From Octopus bimaculoides (taxonomy: Eukaryota), in the NCBI RefSeq assembly GCF_001194135.2, contig NC_068992.1, forward strand, positions 53,721,090-53,769,227: 48,138 nucleotides of DNA, in the 5' to 3' direction. Shown here in pieces: positions 1 to 13,924 of the stretch. Each line of letters opens with the position of its first letter. Position 1 is the first letter of the stretch. The position numbers were made by a program, and so were the translations under genes. The notes beneath the pieces were generated by a model. It searched no databases. It saw nothing but the letters and a program-made list of their open reading frames with translations, and was not told where the DNA came from.

Positions 1-39
<39 letters not shown>

Positions 40-90
40 ATATACATAAACATGTTTGTGTATGTATGTATATATGTCTATATATGTGTG

Positions 91-133
<43 letters not shown>

Positions 134-180
134 AGGTGTGTATACATACACGAACACACCGCACGTACCACACACATACA
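1..180. repeat. Compound (TA)n/(TG)n/(CA)n microsatellite
   Basis: Directly visible. Confidence 0.95.
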
Positions 181-886
181 ATTCTATAGACAGACAGACG
201 TAAATTTGCTTTGCATGTGATTTGGGAATCAGTATTGGTAATCGATATTCTGTATAATTTATTAGCTTACTTACCTTGAATAGTTAGAGATAATGGTTAC
301 CATTTATCTAATCAGCTGCATTCACTAGTCATTTTTCTCCCCTGTCTAGCCGTCTTCTCAACAAACTATTTAACGTTCTCTCTTTAAATAGCCATCACAC
401 TTTTATTTCATTGACTATATTTCATCTTTCTTCAAACACACACATGTATATGTATGTATGTACGTACATATTTGGTCGCTTTGCATATATGCGCTTTGAT
501 ACTAAACAGGCAATTATTACTTCTCTAAGTATACACCTATTATATAAGCATCCGTTGCTAATGATATATTTCTGTTGAAAAAGACAGACATGTGTATTTA
601 TATTTGACTTTTATGAGATTATATACGTACATATATACATGTATTACGTATATATATATATATATATATAAATAAATGCCTGTTAGTATATGTACATACA
701 TATATATCGTAATATACAAAATATATGAGTGTATATATACATGTCCCAAAGTGACCACTCTCTAACGAGTAAATGATAAAATATTAAAGTGGTGCTCTCG
801 CGCGAGGTTGAAACGAATAAAGGAATAAAAGAATAAGAGAATATGTGTTTGTATGTGCGTGCGTTTGTGTTTATGTATAAATATTC

Positions 887-899
<13 letters not shown>

Positions 900-968
<69 letters not shown>
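900..968. repeat. (TA)n microsatellite
   Basis: Directly visible. Confidence 0.97.
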
Positions 969-970
<2 letters not shown>

Positions 971-1030
971 TTCTTGCATTATTGTATTGAACGGCTATTG
1001 AAAAGCTGCAAGACGCAACGAAAATTTCAG

Positions 1031-1067
1031 AAAAAAATATAAAATTAAATGAGTGGAAATCGAACCG
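1031..1067 (+). CDS. Candidate 37-nt coding exon (xKNIKLNEWKSNR), unknown gene
   Basis: TTTCAG| acceptor, CG|GTGAGT donor; only the phase 1->2 frame is open. No homology recognised. Confidence 0.22.
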
Positions 1068-1125
1068 GTGAGTGTGTTAAGTAATAAGGCACGAAAATAG
1101 AATGACTCTCCCCAGACACGATAAT

Positions 1126-1187
<62 letters not shown>

Positions 1188-1686
1188 GCCTTACACTAAC
1201 ACTTGCATATATATATTGAAATAGAAGCATGCCACACTAGATTTTCATGCCTGAGAGTGAGCGTTTTATTTATTTGACGAATATTAGTTTTAGTCAGGGT
1301 ATTGGAAAGGTCAATGTTTTGCAGTGATTAATAGTTTTATGTCTAACCTTTGACTATAGCGACCTCATAACCCTCTGCCTTGTTCCTGTAGACTCTGCTG
1401 CTTTTATGTGTCTTCAGATCAAATCTGATTTAACAGAACTCTGATCAAGCGAATTGACGCTGATATCATCTTGTCACGTTTTTCGTCATACAGTGTTATC
1501 CAGTACTTCATTACTGAATGTGTTCTTCTTCAATTTATGGTATATTTTGAAAGTCTCTTAGACTGGTCAAACCCTTGACCAACTACTGCTCATATAGCTG
1601 GTGTGTATTCTGTGAACTTTTGGCTTATTTTCTGGTTTAGTTCAAGTCGGAGAATGTTGTAAATCTTTCTCTCACCCTGTCTCTCG

Positions 1687-1785
1687 CTCTAACTCTCTGT
1701 CCTTCTCTCTTTCTTCCTCTCTCTATTTCTCTCTCTCTAACTCTCTGTCCTTCTCTCTTTCTTCCTCTCTCTATTTCTCTCTCTC
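1687..1785. repeat. 48-bp CT-rich tandem duplication
   Basis: CTCTAACTCTCTGTCCTTCTCTCTTTCTTCCTCTCTCTATTTCTCTCT starts at 1687 and again at 1735. Confidence 0.9.
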
Positions 1786-2127
1786 TCTTTCCCTTGAGAG
1801 CCTTCTCTCATAAAACGGATGAGAAACGCATGTGTTTCTGGAGTACTCGATGCGCTATAGCCTGACAAAAGAAGACATGATGGTCATTATTGGAATGTCT
1901 TTGATCACAGATTTGATCAACCAGTAATGACCTGTGACTAAACAGACAACAACAGCATAACAAAAACAACAATGATTATAATATGTCTTTTAATTAAATT
2001 CTGATGATGAGCATCACTAATTACGAATATTGAAACTATGAAATAGAAAAACAGACTTTTGATGATTGATTAGATTTATTGATTTATGATATATTTAATT
2101 ATTTTACGTGATTCTACATACGATGTG

Positions 2128-2272
2128 AGGCGGCAAATTGGCATAATCGCTCGAGCGACGGAAATAATATCTTGCCTTATTCATTCCTAGTCTATCTCTG
2201 TGTTCTCAGTTGGAATCTGGCAAATGTCAACTTTACTTTTCATCATTTTAGGGATCGATAAATAAATTACCA
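2128..2272 (+). mobile_element. Degenerate SINE family A copy
   Basis: AGGCGGCAAATTGGCATAATCG head; GTTCTCAGTTGGAATCTGGCAAATGTCAACTTTACTTTTCATCATTTTAGGGATCGATAAAT core. Confidence 0.6.
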
Positions 2273-2334
2273 CTCCAATGATGAAAGCATTTCCTCTCTG
2301 TCTGTCTTTTTGTTGTTCTCCCACTTCCTCTCTC

Positions 2335-2875
<541 letters not shown>

Positions 2876-3325
2876 TTCTCTTTCTCCGTTTCCCATCTCA
2901 GTTTCTGTCTTTCCATCTTTCTGTCATTCTCTCGACTCTATGTCTGGACTCTATGTCTCGAGTCTATGTCTCTCCCCCTCTCTCTCTCTATTCCTGACTG
3001 CACGTCTCTCTCTCTCGCTCTCTTTCCTTCTTTCTCTTTTACTCCATCTCTGTATACACATCACCCTTTCTTTCTCTCTCTCTCTCTCTTTTACTCTCCT
3101 TCACACACTCTCTCTCTCACTCTCACCATCTCTCACGCTCTCTCTTACTGACTCTATGTCTCTCTTTCTGTCTCTTTGTCTCTGTCAGTCTGTCTCTCTC
3201 TCTCTTTGTCTCTGTCAGCCCCCCCCTCTCTCTCTCTCCCTCTCTCTCTCTTTGTCTCTNNNNNNNNNNTCTCTCCCTCTATCTCCCTCTCTCTCCCTCT
3301 CTCTCTCACTCTACTCTCTTCCTCA
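2876..3325. repeat. Degenerate (CT)n pyrimidine tract
   Basis: Directly visible; contains a 10-N gap at 3260-3269. Confidence 0.9.
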
Positions 3326-3581
3326 CCGAAATTGATCTAGAATTCAAACGTCTATTGCTGTCACATTATTTCACTCCGATTCGTCCAAAGAATTGCATAA
3401 AAGCAACACGTTCCAGTAAAAAAACTCATCGGTTTACATGATAATTTATGTGTAAGATTTCAGTTCCTACAACTAGGTACTTCACTATATATCGTGGAAA
3501 ATGGAATACTTTTCGAGGCACTGGCTAGTGCAACATCGTTTAAATTGCCAAGATGAGGAATAGACTTTTACCATCATGTAC

Positions 3582-3614
3582 CTGAAGTTGGCAACGTCTA
3601 TGCCATTGCTGGGC
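3582..3614 (-). CDS. Candidate 33-nt microexon (PSNGIDVANFx)
   Basis: TTTCTTGCATCTTATAG|G acceptor, CAG|GTACAT donor, phase 2->2. Confidence 0.28.
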
Positions 3615-4260
3615 CTATAAGATGCAAGAAATAGCAATTAATTTTCCCGTTTAAAAGTCGTCGAAGGTTCATGGATACATGGTTTACTAGAAGGATCAGT
3701 GACAAATGTAATATATTTGATAAAATTTACAGGATAAGGACTACTCGATAGACAAGAAAAAAAAAAAACCTTTCTTACCTATTCACACAGGAACATACAC
3801 ACCCGCACACATATATACACCTATATACAAACACACACAAGTCGGGAGTGAATGTAACGGCTTAACCGATTTGCTTTTTTGCTTTATTAAATCTCTGTAT
3901 TACATTATAAGAATTTATTTTACGAGAAAGCGCAATATTTTCAAGAGATCAAAATAAATTTGTTCATGGGAATTCACTCTCTTAGATTTGAGGGCAACAA
4001 ACGGTTTTAGCTCATGTTTTGGTAATTTTCTCAAGCTCATCAGCTCATCTTCTCGTACTATATTTGTTTTGCAATTTAATATATTTTTCATGCTGAAATA
4101 AACATGTATGCTTAATGGTTAAGTGAGTTGCTGTACAGGCTCGCGCTTAGAGACCAGGCGTGTTGCTTATGAACGTAAAATTATAGGTTCGCTTTCTGTA
4201 CCCTGCGATGCCTTGTGTCAGACATTTCATTTCACGTTGCTCTAGTCGGGGAATACATAC

Positions 4261-4327
4261 GCCAACGAATCCAGAAAGAGGCCTTCTGAACCTGTCGCTT
4301 GAGAAGGACCTTTCATAAGATAAATAT
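4261..4327 (-). CDS. Candidate 67-nt exon (DIYLMKGPSQATGSEGLFLDSLA)
   Basis: CTTTCTAACGCTAG| acceptor, GC|GTATGT donor, phase 1->2, joins in frame with 7693-7719 and 3582-3614. Confidence 0.28.
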
Positions 4328-4739
4328 CTAGCGTTAGAAAGCTACATAAATTTTGATGTTTAAGTGAAGAGCTGGATGCAATAAGTTGTTTATTTACATT
4401 CCATTAGCTTGAAGGTTTATTTCGGAATTAACTCCTAATTTCTCGTAGGTATCCTCTGTTCTTAAGAGCCACTTAGTGTTTCTATCAAGTCTTGGATTTC
4501 GATTATTTTTGGCCTTTTTATCATGTGATTCAGATGAAAGTTTCAAGAAATAATGGTTATAATGTGCACTGCAATCACAACACAAATTTATATATAAATG
4601 TTTTTTTTTTTTCTGCCGTCCATAATCAGAATATCTGAAAAGATACCATGGTACATTCACATACAAACTTTTGTATGTACATACACATACTTATGTATAT
4701 GTGAGTATTTCTCTGAAAAACTGTGGGTGTACGAATGTT

Positions 4740-5260
<521 letters not shown>

Positions 5261-5574
5261 ATTATTATTACTATGCTGTTAGCTTGTTAGCTTTTTTTTT
5301 CCTTCTGTGGTGGATTTTAGATTTTGATTGTTTAGACGGCACATATGAAAAAATACATATAATTGTAGTTTTACCGTTACTTCGAAAAATAATCTGGCGT
5401 CTGAAAGATTTCTTAAGATCATTTACAGACTGACACTGAAAATTTGGTGGAAATTTACAGAGGAAAAGAATGTAATGATTAATAACCACGTGTAATTTCC
5501 GGAAATGTGAAATATATATATGGGCAGGGATTATGTATGTATGTAAATATATAGATGCGTGGGTGTGTATGCAT

Positions 5575-5646
5575 ATACGTGTGTGTGTGTGTGTACATCT
5601 GTGTGTTTTTGTGTATGTATACAGGAGAGAGAGAGAGAGAGAGAGA

Positions 5647-5709
<63 letters not shown>

Positions 5710-5720
5710 CGTTTGTGTGT
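5575..5720. repeat. (TG)n-(GA)n-(TG)n compound microsatellite
   Basis: Directly visible. Confidence 0.95.
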
Positions 5721-5941
5721 GAGCCAAGTATGGTATGTATAAGTGATTTAGTGAATTTAATTGCATAAAACAAAAAGTAACAACTGAATAAAATGTTCGA
5801 TGCATGTGTAGTTGGTAACTATTTTGCTATTATAACTACGTACATGCATTAATTCTTTGTGTGTTCGTGTGTGTGTTTACGTGTGTGTGCGTGTGTGTGT
5901 GTGTATGTGTGTGTGCATGTGCGGGTTTGTGTGTGCATATA

Positions 5942-6733
5942 CTAGGAGGTACCCAAAAGTAACCGGAAAGTTCTCTGTAGGACACGCCCGTTGTAGTTCA
6001 GGCTTCAGCCGCTAGAAGCCACTTGATGCCGCCCTCAGGCATCAGTCTTCCGACCAGCGTCATCGTCTAGTGTCCTCTTGCTGATCTGATGACGAAAGCT
6101 GGTGCTACGACTACGACGCGGAAACGAAGCCACAGTTAGGTTGATGGAAGCATTTGATGTAACCACGCCCCTAAAAAGCGCGTCAAGTGAAGTCCAGGGT
6201 CAATGCGATGCTGATTTGTTTAGTCGCTGCGAAAGGAATTTTCCATACAGAATTTTTCTCCTACTTGTCAACCAGTTAACCAGGCATTTTTCTGAAGCGT
6301 CTGCGAGACACGGAGAGACTATACATCCCGACCTATAGCAGAGTGGAGAGTTTCATCACGACGATGCGCCTCCATACATCGCTTTGAGTCTGAGATAATT
6401 TTTGACCAAAAATGGCATGACTCCACTTACTCATCCTCCCTATTCACATGATCTTGCTCCCTGCTGTTTTTTTTTTGTTATTGGTTCCTCCGAATAAAAA
6501 AAGTCCTTAAGGAAAAACGTTTTGTATGCGTAGAAGAGGTGAAGAAAAAACCGATAGAGGTGTTAAAAAGCATGACCACGCAAGAGTTCCAAGACTGCTT
6601 CGTGCAGTGGGAAATGCGTCTGGACCGATGCGTTGCTTCAAATGGAGAATACTTTGAAGGCGGTAAGAGTGTAAACATGTAAAACTGAGTTAAATAATAT
6701 TGCAAAATTCGTCTTCTTTTGGGTACACCCTCG
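5942..6733 (+). mobile_element. Internally deleted mariner (Tc1/mariner, DD34D) DNA transposon, 792 bp
   Basis: Flanked by TA on both sides (5940-41, 6734-35). Imperfect TIRs: left CTAGGAGGTACCCAAAAGTAACCGGA vs reverse complement of right CGAGGGTGTACCCAAAAGAAGACGAA (19/26, perfect core GTACCCAAAAG). Decayed transposase inside. Confidence 0.92.
6088..6682 (+). pseudogene. Mariner transposase catalytic-domain remnant with stops and frameshifts; N-terminal DNA-binding region missing
   Basis: Across frameshifts reads DDESWCYDYDAETK..., K.ARQVKSRVNAMLIC...KGIFHTEF, FHHDDAPP...FLTKNGMTPLTHPPYSHDLAPC, FLRIKKVLKEKRF...EF.DCF.QW..R..RC.ASNGEYFEG. These match the mariner TGDESW, HHDNAP.H, HPPYSPDLAP and GEYFE motifs. 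Confidence 0.9.
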
Positions 6734-7692
6734 TACATCTCTCTCTCTCTCTTTCGATATATATATATATATATATATANNNNNNNNNNNNNNNNNNNNN
6801 NNNNNNNNNNNNNNNNNNNNNNNNNNNNNNNNNNNNNNNNNNNNNNNNNNNNNNNNNNNNNNNNNNNNNNNNNNNNNNNNNNNNNNNNNNNNNNNNNNNN
6901 NNNNNNNNNNNNNNNNNNNNNNNNNNNNNNNNNNNNNNNNNNNNNNNNNNNNNNNNNNNNNNNNNNNNNNNNNNNNNNNNNNNNNNNNNNNNNNNNNNNN
7001 NNNNNNNNNNNNNNNNNNNNNNNNNNNNNNNNNNNNNNNNNNNNNNNNNNNNNNNNNNNNNNNNNNNNNNNNNNNNNNNNNNNNNNNNNNNNNNNNNNNN
7101 NNNNNNNNNNNNNNNNNNNNNNNNNNNNNNNNNNNNNNNNNNNNNNNNNNNNNNNNNNNNNNNNNNNNNNNNNNNNNNNNNNNNNNNNNNNNNNNNNNNN
7201 NNNNNNNNNNNNNNNNNNNNNNNNNNNNNNNNNNNNNNNNNNNNNNNNNNNNNNNNNNNNNNNNNNNNNNNNNNNNNNNNNNNNNNNNNNNNNNNNNNNN
7301 NNNNNNNNNNNNNNNNNNNNNNNNNNNNNNNNNNNNNNNNATATATATATATATATATATATATAAACACACTTATATATTCAAATACACATATATGCAT
7401 ATATATACATATATTTTTGTGTGTGTGCGTGCTTGTTTTCAGTTTGATTTATTTTATAGAAATCAGCACACTTATGTATGAATATATACATTTCCTTTGT
7501 ATGTTTGCCTGTTAGTATGTAGGTGTTAGTTTCATAGTTTTCTTCACTATGTATGTATGTATGTCTGTGCAGGCCTATATCTTATAGAGAAAGTTAACCG
7601 TCTATAAATGATGCAGTAAAAGAAAGTTTTATTCTATTTAACCAAAATACTACACACAATGTAACGGGAGAACTATTGAAACTAAGTCTCAC

Positions 7693-7719
7693 CTGGTGGA
7701 TAGTATCGCCGTGCCTTAT
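7693..7719 (-). CDS. Candidate 27-nt microexon (xKARRYYPP)
   Basis: ATATCTCTTTAG| acceptor, CAG|GTGAGA donor, phase 1->1. Confidence 0.28.
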
Positions 7720-8275
7720 CTAAAGAGATATTTGAGGATAAATACGTAGTAAAAAGAAGATAATTGCACTTATCATCTCCCTTCTTAACTTTTATTCATA
7801 GAATGTCTTCATTTATAAATCACCAAAGTATTTTAACACCGTGGTTTCTCATTTGCTTCTTCTCAATACTATATTATTCCGCTTTATTTTATCGTAACAA
7901 GAACGTTTGATAGCGCTCTCTAATTTCGGATTTCAAAATACCGTAGAGTTATATCTTTCAGGGTCTCTCGATTTAACAAAAGCAGCATTGAAATTTTGGT
8001 CATATTACGCATAATATCTTCTACACTGGAATGAACCATCATGCATTCGATTTCCAAATGTTTTGTCTGTCGACACTTGTATGCTGTATGTTGTAAATAG
8101 TATTATATACCCCAAATTCCTAAAATATAAATAGAATTTTAAATATATGTTGTTGACTATGGTTTATATTTTAAGTAACTATTCAACTAATCAATAACAT
8201 TCTTTAGTCCAAATTATGTATATTTACAGTCTATGATATTTAGATAAATTTTAAATACAATATTTGTGCCGCAAT

Positions 8276-8498
8276 AAGGCGGTGAGCTGCGAGAAACGTT
8301 AGCACGCCGGGTGAAATGCTTAGTGGTATTTCGTCTGTCTTTACGTTTTGAGTTCAAATTCTGCCGAGGTCTACTTTGCCTTTCATTTATTTTTCGGAGT
8401 CTATAAATTAAGTACCAGTCGAACATTGGGTCAATATAATTGATTATCTCCATCCCGCCGAAATTGCTGGTCTTGCGTTAAAATTTGAAGCAAATATT
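8276..8498 (+). mobile_element. SINE family A copy
   Basis: AAGGCGGTGAGCTGCGAGAAACGTTAGCACGCCGGG head, GAGTTCAAATTC B-box, shared core, tail AAATTGCTGGTCTTGCGTTAAAATTTGAAGCAAATATT. Confidence 0.88.
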
Positions 8499-8548
8499 TA
8501 GTCGTCCTTTATTTTTCCTTGTTTCTAATTCCCTCCCCGCTATAAGCA

Positions 8549-8651
<103 letters not shown>

Positions 8652-8774
8652 TACAAATCTAACATTCCGTGGTCGATATAATTCTTAACGTAAATTTATT
8701 ACATTAGTTCTTCTGCAGTGTCCTTCCTATCAAGATGCTAGTCTCCTGCCCATGGTGCAAGAAAATAATTATTA

Positions 8775-8975
8775 AATATCAGGAATGGCATATTCGTTAG
8801 ACGATCGAACAAAATGGCCATCATGAGTTATTCGCGTTCTTTGCGTTCTGAGTTGAAATCACTACCGAGATCAACTTTACTTTCATCCTCCCAGCGTTGA
8901 TAAAATAAAGTATCAGAGGAGAAACCAACAGCATATCTCAAAATTGCTGATGTTGTGACTAACGCTGAAATATTT
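8775..8975 (+). mobile_element. Older, degenerate SINE family A copy
   Basis: GTTCTGAGTTGAAATC..CCGAGATCAACTTTACTTTCATCCTCC..GTTGATAAAATAAAGTATCAG matches the family core. Confidence 0.6.
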
Positions 8976-9829
8976 TACTTCAATACAAGCAATTTATTGA
9001 CAGAACCCATAAGACAGTTATTTAGGGTCTGAATTTGAACCTACCTACAGTTGACTTTTGCCTTTCCCTTTTCTGAGTTCATATATATGGATATATTTAA
9101 CTAAACTGTCTCCCACACAATATGCTGGTTTCTTTAAAACTGTTTTCACTTTAGAGAGTTAATTCTGCAAGAACAAAAATCTCAGCGGAAATTTTTCGTA
9201 AATTTATTTCCATCATGCTATAAAATGTGCTGTTCCGTACATATGAGCATATGAAACGCCAAGGGTTGCAGATAGTTGAAAGCTAAAGGCAGAGTATTCG
9301 AGCGCACTTAATACGAAGTTAATATTATTTTTGAGTTATTGAAAGTTAATAAACCACTCCGAATACTTCATCGCTGAGATAACCTTCCATGCATATTAAC
9401 AAAACTGAAGAAAGTGAATATATCGTAGATGTTGTTGCTGCTAGTCGATCCAGCGTTATAAATATAAGATTGCAAAAAAGCGGAAATGCAAATGTAGTGC
9501 AATAATTAATAATTAATTTTGAATTGTGTATCGAAGGAAGCCAGCAAGTAAATTAAATTAGAGATGAATAATCAGCTTATGAAATTAATCGCTTCGTTGA
9601 AACGGTTGACACTTCTTATTTTAAATGTCTCTGTGTAATCTCCCTGAACAAAACTAAACTTTGATTTTACTGCCTTTCATACTCAAATGAAGTTACAGGA
9701 AAGCCTAGAGCGAATTAGTCGACTTTATTAGCTAGAAATATAGAAGAAACATAACTAAATATCCAGTCTTCGGTAATTTAATAAAGCCGATGTTTATAAA
9801 TATAATAATGGTGAACTAAGACGAAGCCC

Positions 9830-9875
<46 letters not shown>

Positions 9876-10166
9876 CTCTCTCTCTCCCTCTTTCTCTCTC
9901 ATCTCTTCTCTCTCTTGCGCACACACAGATATTAAAGAAATAAAATGCTAAAAGCTCACTTTTTCTCGTATGCAGAGAAATAATTTGTTTATCGTTTTTA
10001 TTATTCCATTTGCTTTTCTTAGTATTCCATTTGCTTTTCTATAACAATTTACTCTTTGGAGAAAGTAAGATTTCATTTGTCAAAATCTTAAATTTGTGAA
10101 ATATAGGAGAATATCTCTTTCAGATCGAAATTTCAGTGAAACGTTTTTATGTACAAGAAATATTTC

Positions 10167-10597
10167 GTTGTTGTTGGCACTCCGTCGTTTACGACGTCGA
10201 GGGTTCCAGTTGATCTGATCAACGGAACAGCCTGCTCATGAAATTAACAAGACACGTTTACCACAGACATGTGTACCCTTAACGTAGTTCTCGGGGATAT
10301 TCAGCGTGACACAGTGTGACAAGGCTGGCCCTTTCAAATACAGGTACAACAAGAAAAGGAATAAAGAGTGAGAGAAAGTTGCGGTGAAAGTTATTACGGA
10401 CGGATTTAGTGCTTTTTTATTATTGTATTATTATTTATTATTGTAACGTTTCTATTTAGATTCGCCACCAGCTCTTACCGGAAACTCGTCGAGCTTTAGG
10501 TGTTTTCGATCAATAAACACTCACAACGGTCTAGGAATCGAAACCGTGATCCTACGACCGCGAGTTCGCTGCCCCAACTGCTAGGCCGTTGCGCCTC
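10167..10597 (-). mobile_element. SINE family C, second copy, with an internal 70-bp AT-rich replacement
   Basis: Reverse complement aligns to 24841-25226 from GAGGCGCAACGG to the CAACAACAAC tail, except 10391-10460. Confidence 0.87.
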
Positions 10598-10600
10598 GAC

Positions 10601-10668
<68 letters not shown>

Positions 10669-11162
10669 NNNNNNNNNNNNNNNNNNNNNNNNNNNNNNNN
10701 NNNNNNNNNNNNNNNNNNNNNNNNNNNNNNNNNNNNNNNNNNNNNNNNNNNNNNNNNNNNNNNNNNNNNNNNNNNNNNNNNNNNNNNNNNNNNNNNNNNN
10801 NNNNNNNNNNNNNNNNNNNNNNNNNNNNNNNNNNNNNNNNNNNNNNNNNNNNNNNNNNNNNNNNNNNNNNNNNNNNNNNNNNNNNNNNNNNNNNNNNNNN
10901 NNNNNNNNNNNNNNNNNNNNNNNNNNNNNNNNNNNNNNNNNNNNNNNNNNNNNNNNNNNNNNNNNNNNNNNNNNNNNNNNNNNNNNNNNNNNNNNNNNNN
11001 NNNNNNNNNNNNNNNNNNNNNNNNNNNNNNNNNNNNNNNNNNNNNNNNNNNNNNNNNNNNNNNNNNNNNNNNNNNNNNNNNNNNNNNNNNNNNNNNNNNN
11101 NNNNNNNNNNNNNNNNNNNNNNNNNNNNNNNNNNNNNNNNNNNNNNNNNAAAAAAAAAAAAA

Positions 11163-11215
<53 letters not shown>

Positions 11216-11848
11216 GATATGTATTACTATATTTAATATCATATTATGTTTAGCATTTCTGGATACCCAGACAAGCTATTCCATCACTAGTTACCATCAG
11301 CATTTACACCAGAGTAATTAATTTAATAACACAAACGAAATTAGAGATTCTTTTACCTTATAGTAGGACAATTGTGACGAATTAATTCCAGCTACAATAT
11401 CAAGAAAAGTGATTCGACCAGCATTCGGCTGTGAAGTTTCGAAAATGTTCTGTTCAGTGATGCGTGAATATATGCAGATGAATTTCCAGTTCATATCAAG
11501 TGCACAGGTGTTTGTTTGTTTTTTTTGTTTTTTTGTTCTTCATCACGATTGAACTGAAGCAGCATGTAGTCCTATTTAAAAAGACATCATTTTAAATAGA
11601 TTATCAGTTCAATGATTATAAATCACTGTTCGATTGAACTTTTTTCATCCAAACACCGNNNNNNNNNNNNNNNNNNNNNNNNNNNNNNNNNNNNNNNNNN
11701 NNNNNNNNNNNNNNNNNNNNNNNNNNNNNNNNNNNNNNNNNNNNNNNNNNNNNNNNNNNNNNNNNNNNNNNNNNNNNNNNNNNNNNNNNNNNNNNNNNNN
11801 NNNNNNNNNNNNNNNNNNNNNNNNNNNNNNNNNNNNNNNNNNNNNNNN

Positions 11849-11890
<42 letters not shown>

Positions 11891-12242
11891 CAGGAATTAG
11901 GTTATTAAAACTCTTCAGCAGTACATTTGCTTATTTGCATACCTTCATTATTGCCGATATAATTTCACAGGTACGGCATTCCCAGTTTTACATCAACCCA
12001 CGTACGCACACACGTCTACGTGTATCTAGGTGCGTATGTGCGCGATTTACTGCTGAATTCTGTACGCATAAAACCTCAACTGAAATTTCCTACTTACTTA
12101 GCGAAAGTAAACAAATTTCGCGGCAAATGCTATCGACATGCAAATAAAGGAATAGTGATTGATATCTTCTAAAAATTAAGAAATAATATCTCGAAGTTAA
12201 TTCACAAGTATAAAGTAAAGTAAATTTAATCTTTGTTTGCAG

Positions 12243-12270
12243 GCAAAAGACAACTATAGACATGTTCCAG
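12243..12270 (+). CDS. Candidate 28-nt exon (xQKTTIDMFQ or AKDNYRHVP)
   Basis: Strong acceptor TAATCTTTGTTTGCAG|G, weaker donor CAG|GTTATT. Confidence 0.18.
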
Positions 12271-12644
12271 GTTATTAGACTTCATCAACCTATTAATGCC
12301 TGTAGAGCAGTTGATAAATAATTTTACACATAGCATGCTTTTGCCAACGTGCTTAGATAATTGGCGTATTTGCCTGACGGTCCAGATGAACATAACTGAT
12401 AGAGTGATGGTGGGGCACAAATTCAAAGACACACACACACGTGCGCACTACGAACTTGTTTCACTCTCCGTCCATCAAATCAACTCACAAGATTTCGCTT
12501 GGACTAGGGTTATAATAGAAGACATAAACGCGTCACCATGCAGTAGGCCCGATCTTGAAACTATCTAAAGCAAACTTCTACACCTGTTGAGTTATAAATC
12601 GGAACAGCAGAATACAAATTGTTCTTAATCTCTAAGCGTGAATT

Positions 12645-12850
12645 AAGGCGGCCAGCTGACTGATTCGTTAGCCATCAGAACAAAATAATCAACGATATTT
12701 CGTCCGTCTTTACGTTTAGAGTTCAAATTCCACCGAGTTCGATTTTACCTTTCATCCTTTCGGAGCCGATAAAGTAAGTACAAAGTGTGTACTGGGGTCG
12801 ATGTAATCGACTACCTCCTCCTCCGAAATTGCTGGCCTTGTACAACAATG
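12645..12850 (+). mobile_element. SINE family A copy
   Basis: AAGGCGGCCAGCTGAC head; GAGTTCAAATTCCACCGAG..CCTTTCATCCTTTCGGAGCCGATAAAGTAAGTAC core; GGGGTCGATGTAATCGAC. Confidence 0.82.
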
Positions 12851-12959
12851 GGAGACCAATCATTAATATGTATGCAGTTATATCTGGACATGTTTATGGT
12901 TAACACACCCTGGTTCATAAATTTTCTTCTGGTACAATTCTTCCACTGCACGCCAGCTT

Positions 12960-13050
12960 TGCTAAGTGCCCAGGCTGACCAATGCCTCGTGAGTGGATCT
13001 GGTAGACGGAATCTTTGTGGAATACCATTGTATATATGTGTGTGTTTGCT
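12960..13050 (+). mobile_element. Internal fragment related to SINE family B
   Basis: GCTGACCAATGCCTCGTGAGTGGATCTGGTAGACGGAA resembles the family B segment GCCGACCAAAGCCTT..AGTGGAGTTGGTAGACGGAA. Confidence 0.5.
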
Positions 13051-13420
13051 TATGTGTGTGTATGTGTGCAGGCGCACGCGTTAGCTGTTCGACAACACAA
13101 ACTAATAGTTGAACTACCATAGTTAACGAAAATCTTAGTAGGGTTAATGTATACTTCTAATTAGTAGGGTTAATGTATAATTCTAAAAAAAAAATTTCTA
13201 GAGTACAATATATCTAAAGCATGCTTGTATGCCAAAATTCCGAACACTTTTGCGATATATTCATTTAATAATTCAGAGTCTCCTAGATTTCATACAATAC
13301 GACAGAATTCCATGCTACAACTCAAATCAGCTCAAGAGAACGCTGATCTAAATATGTAATGACAGATGAATTAAGATGATGAATGAAGTTACACTAGAAA
13401 GGGAATACATGAACCTTTAG

Positions 13421-13460
<40 letters not shown>

Positions 13461-13518
13461 ACGTTTGTATGTATGTATATGTGTGTGTGTATACGTATGT
13501 ATATGTTTGTATATATAT

Positions 13519-13566
<48 letters not shown>

Positions 13567-13589
13567 AATATAAATACACGCATGCGACT

Positions 13590-13730
13590 GACGTATTTCG
13601 GTTCAGTTTCCGTTCAGAAAATCCTTTCACAATTCTGGAGGTATAGGAGTAGTTACATGCACAACCTATCACATAATGGGTTTGAACCCGTAATTCATTT
13701 GGTTGGGAAGCAATCTTCTTATTACACAAC
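13590..13730 (-). mobile_element. Degenerate 5' fragment of SINE family B
   Basis: Minus-strand AAGATTGCTTCCCAACCAAATG..GGGTTCAAACCC and GGAAACTGAA match the 14274-14650 copy. Confidence 0.55.
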
Positions 13731-13924
13731 AATACCTGCATCTATTAAAATATATTAATTTATTCTCTGCATTCTTGATATACCAATAAACGGCAATCAA
13801 TAGAAATTTCCACGTTAATAAATAGTTAATTGATACATTGCGTTTACAAAATATTTAAATTACGAAATCCAGGTATTTAAATTACACGACGATCGATGTA
13901 TGAGTAATGTGAGAATGATATAAC

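Noticed and set aside
266-310. Perfect minus-strand donor AAG|GTAAGT
   Set aside because: All three upstream frames hit stops within ~45 nt; no coding exon can be built.
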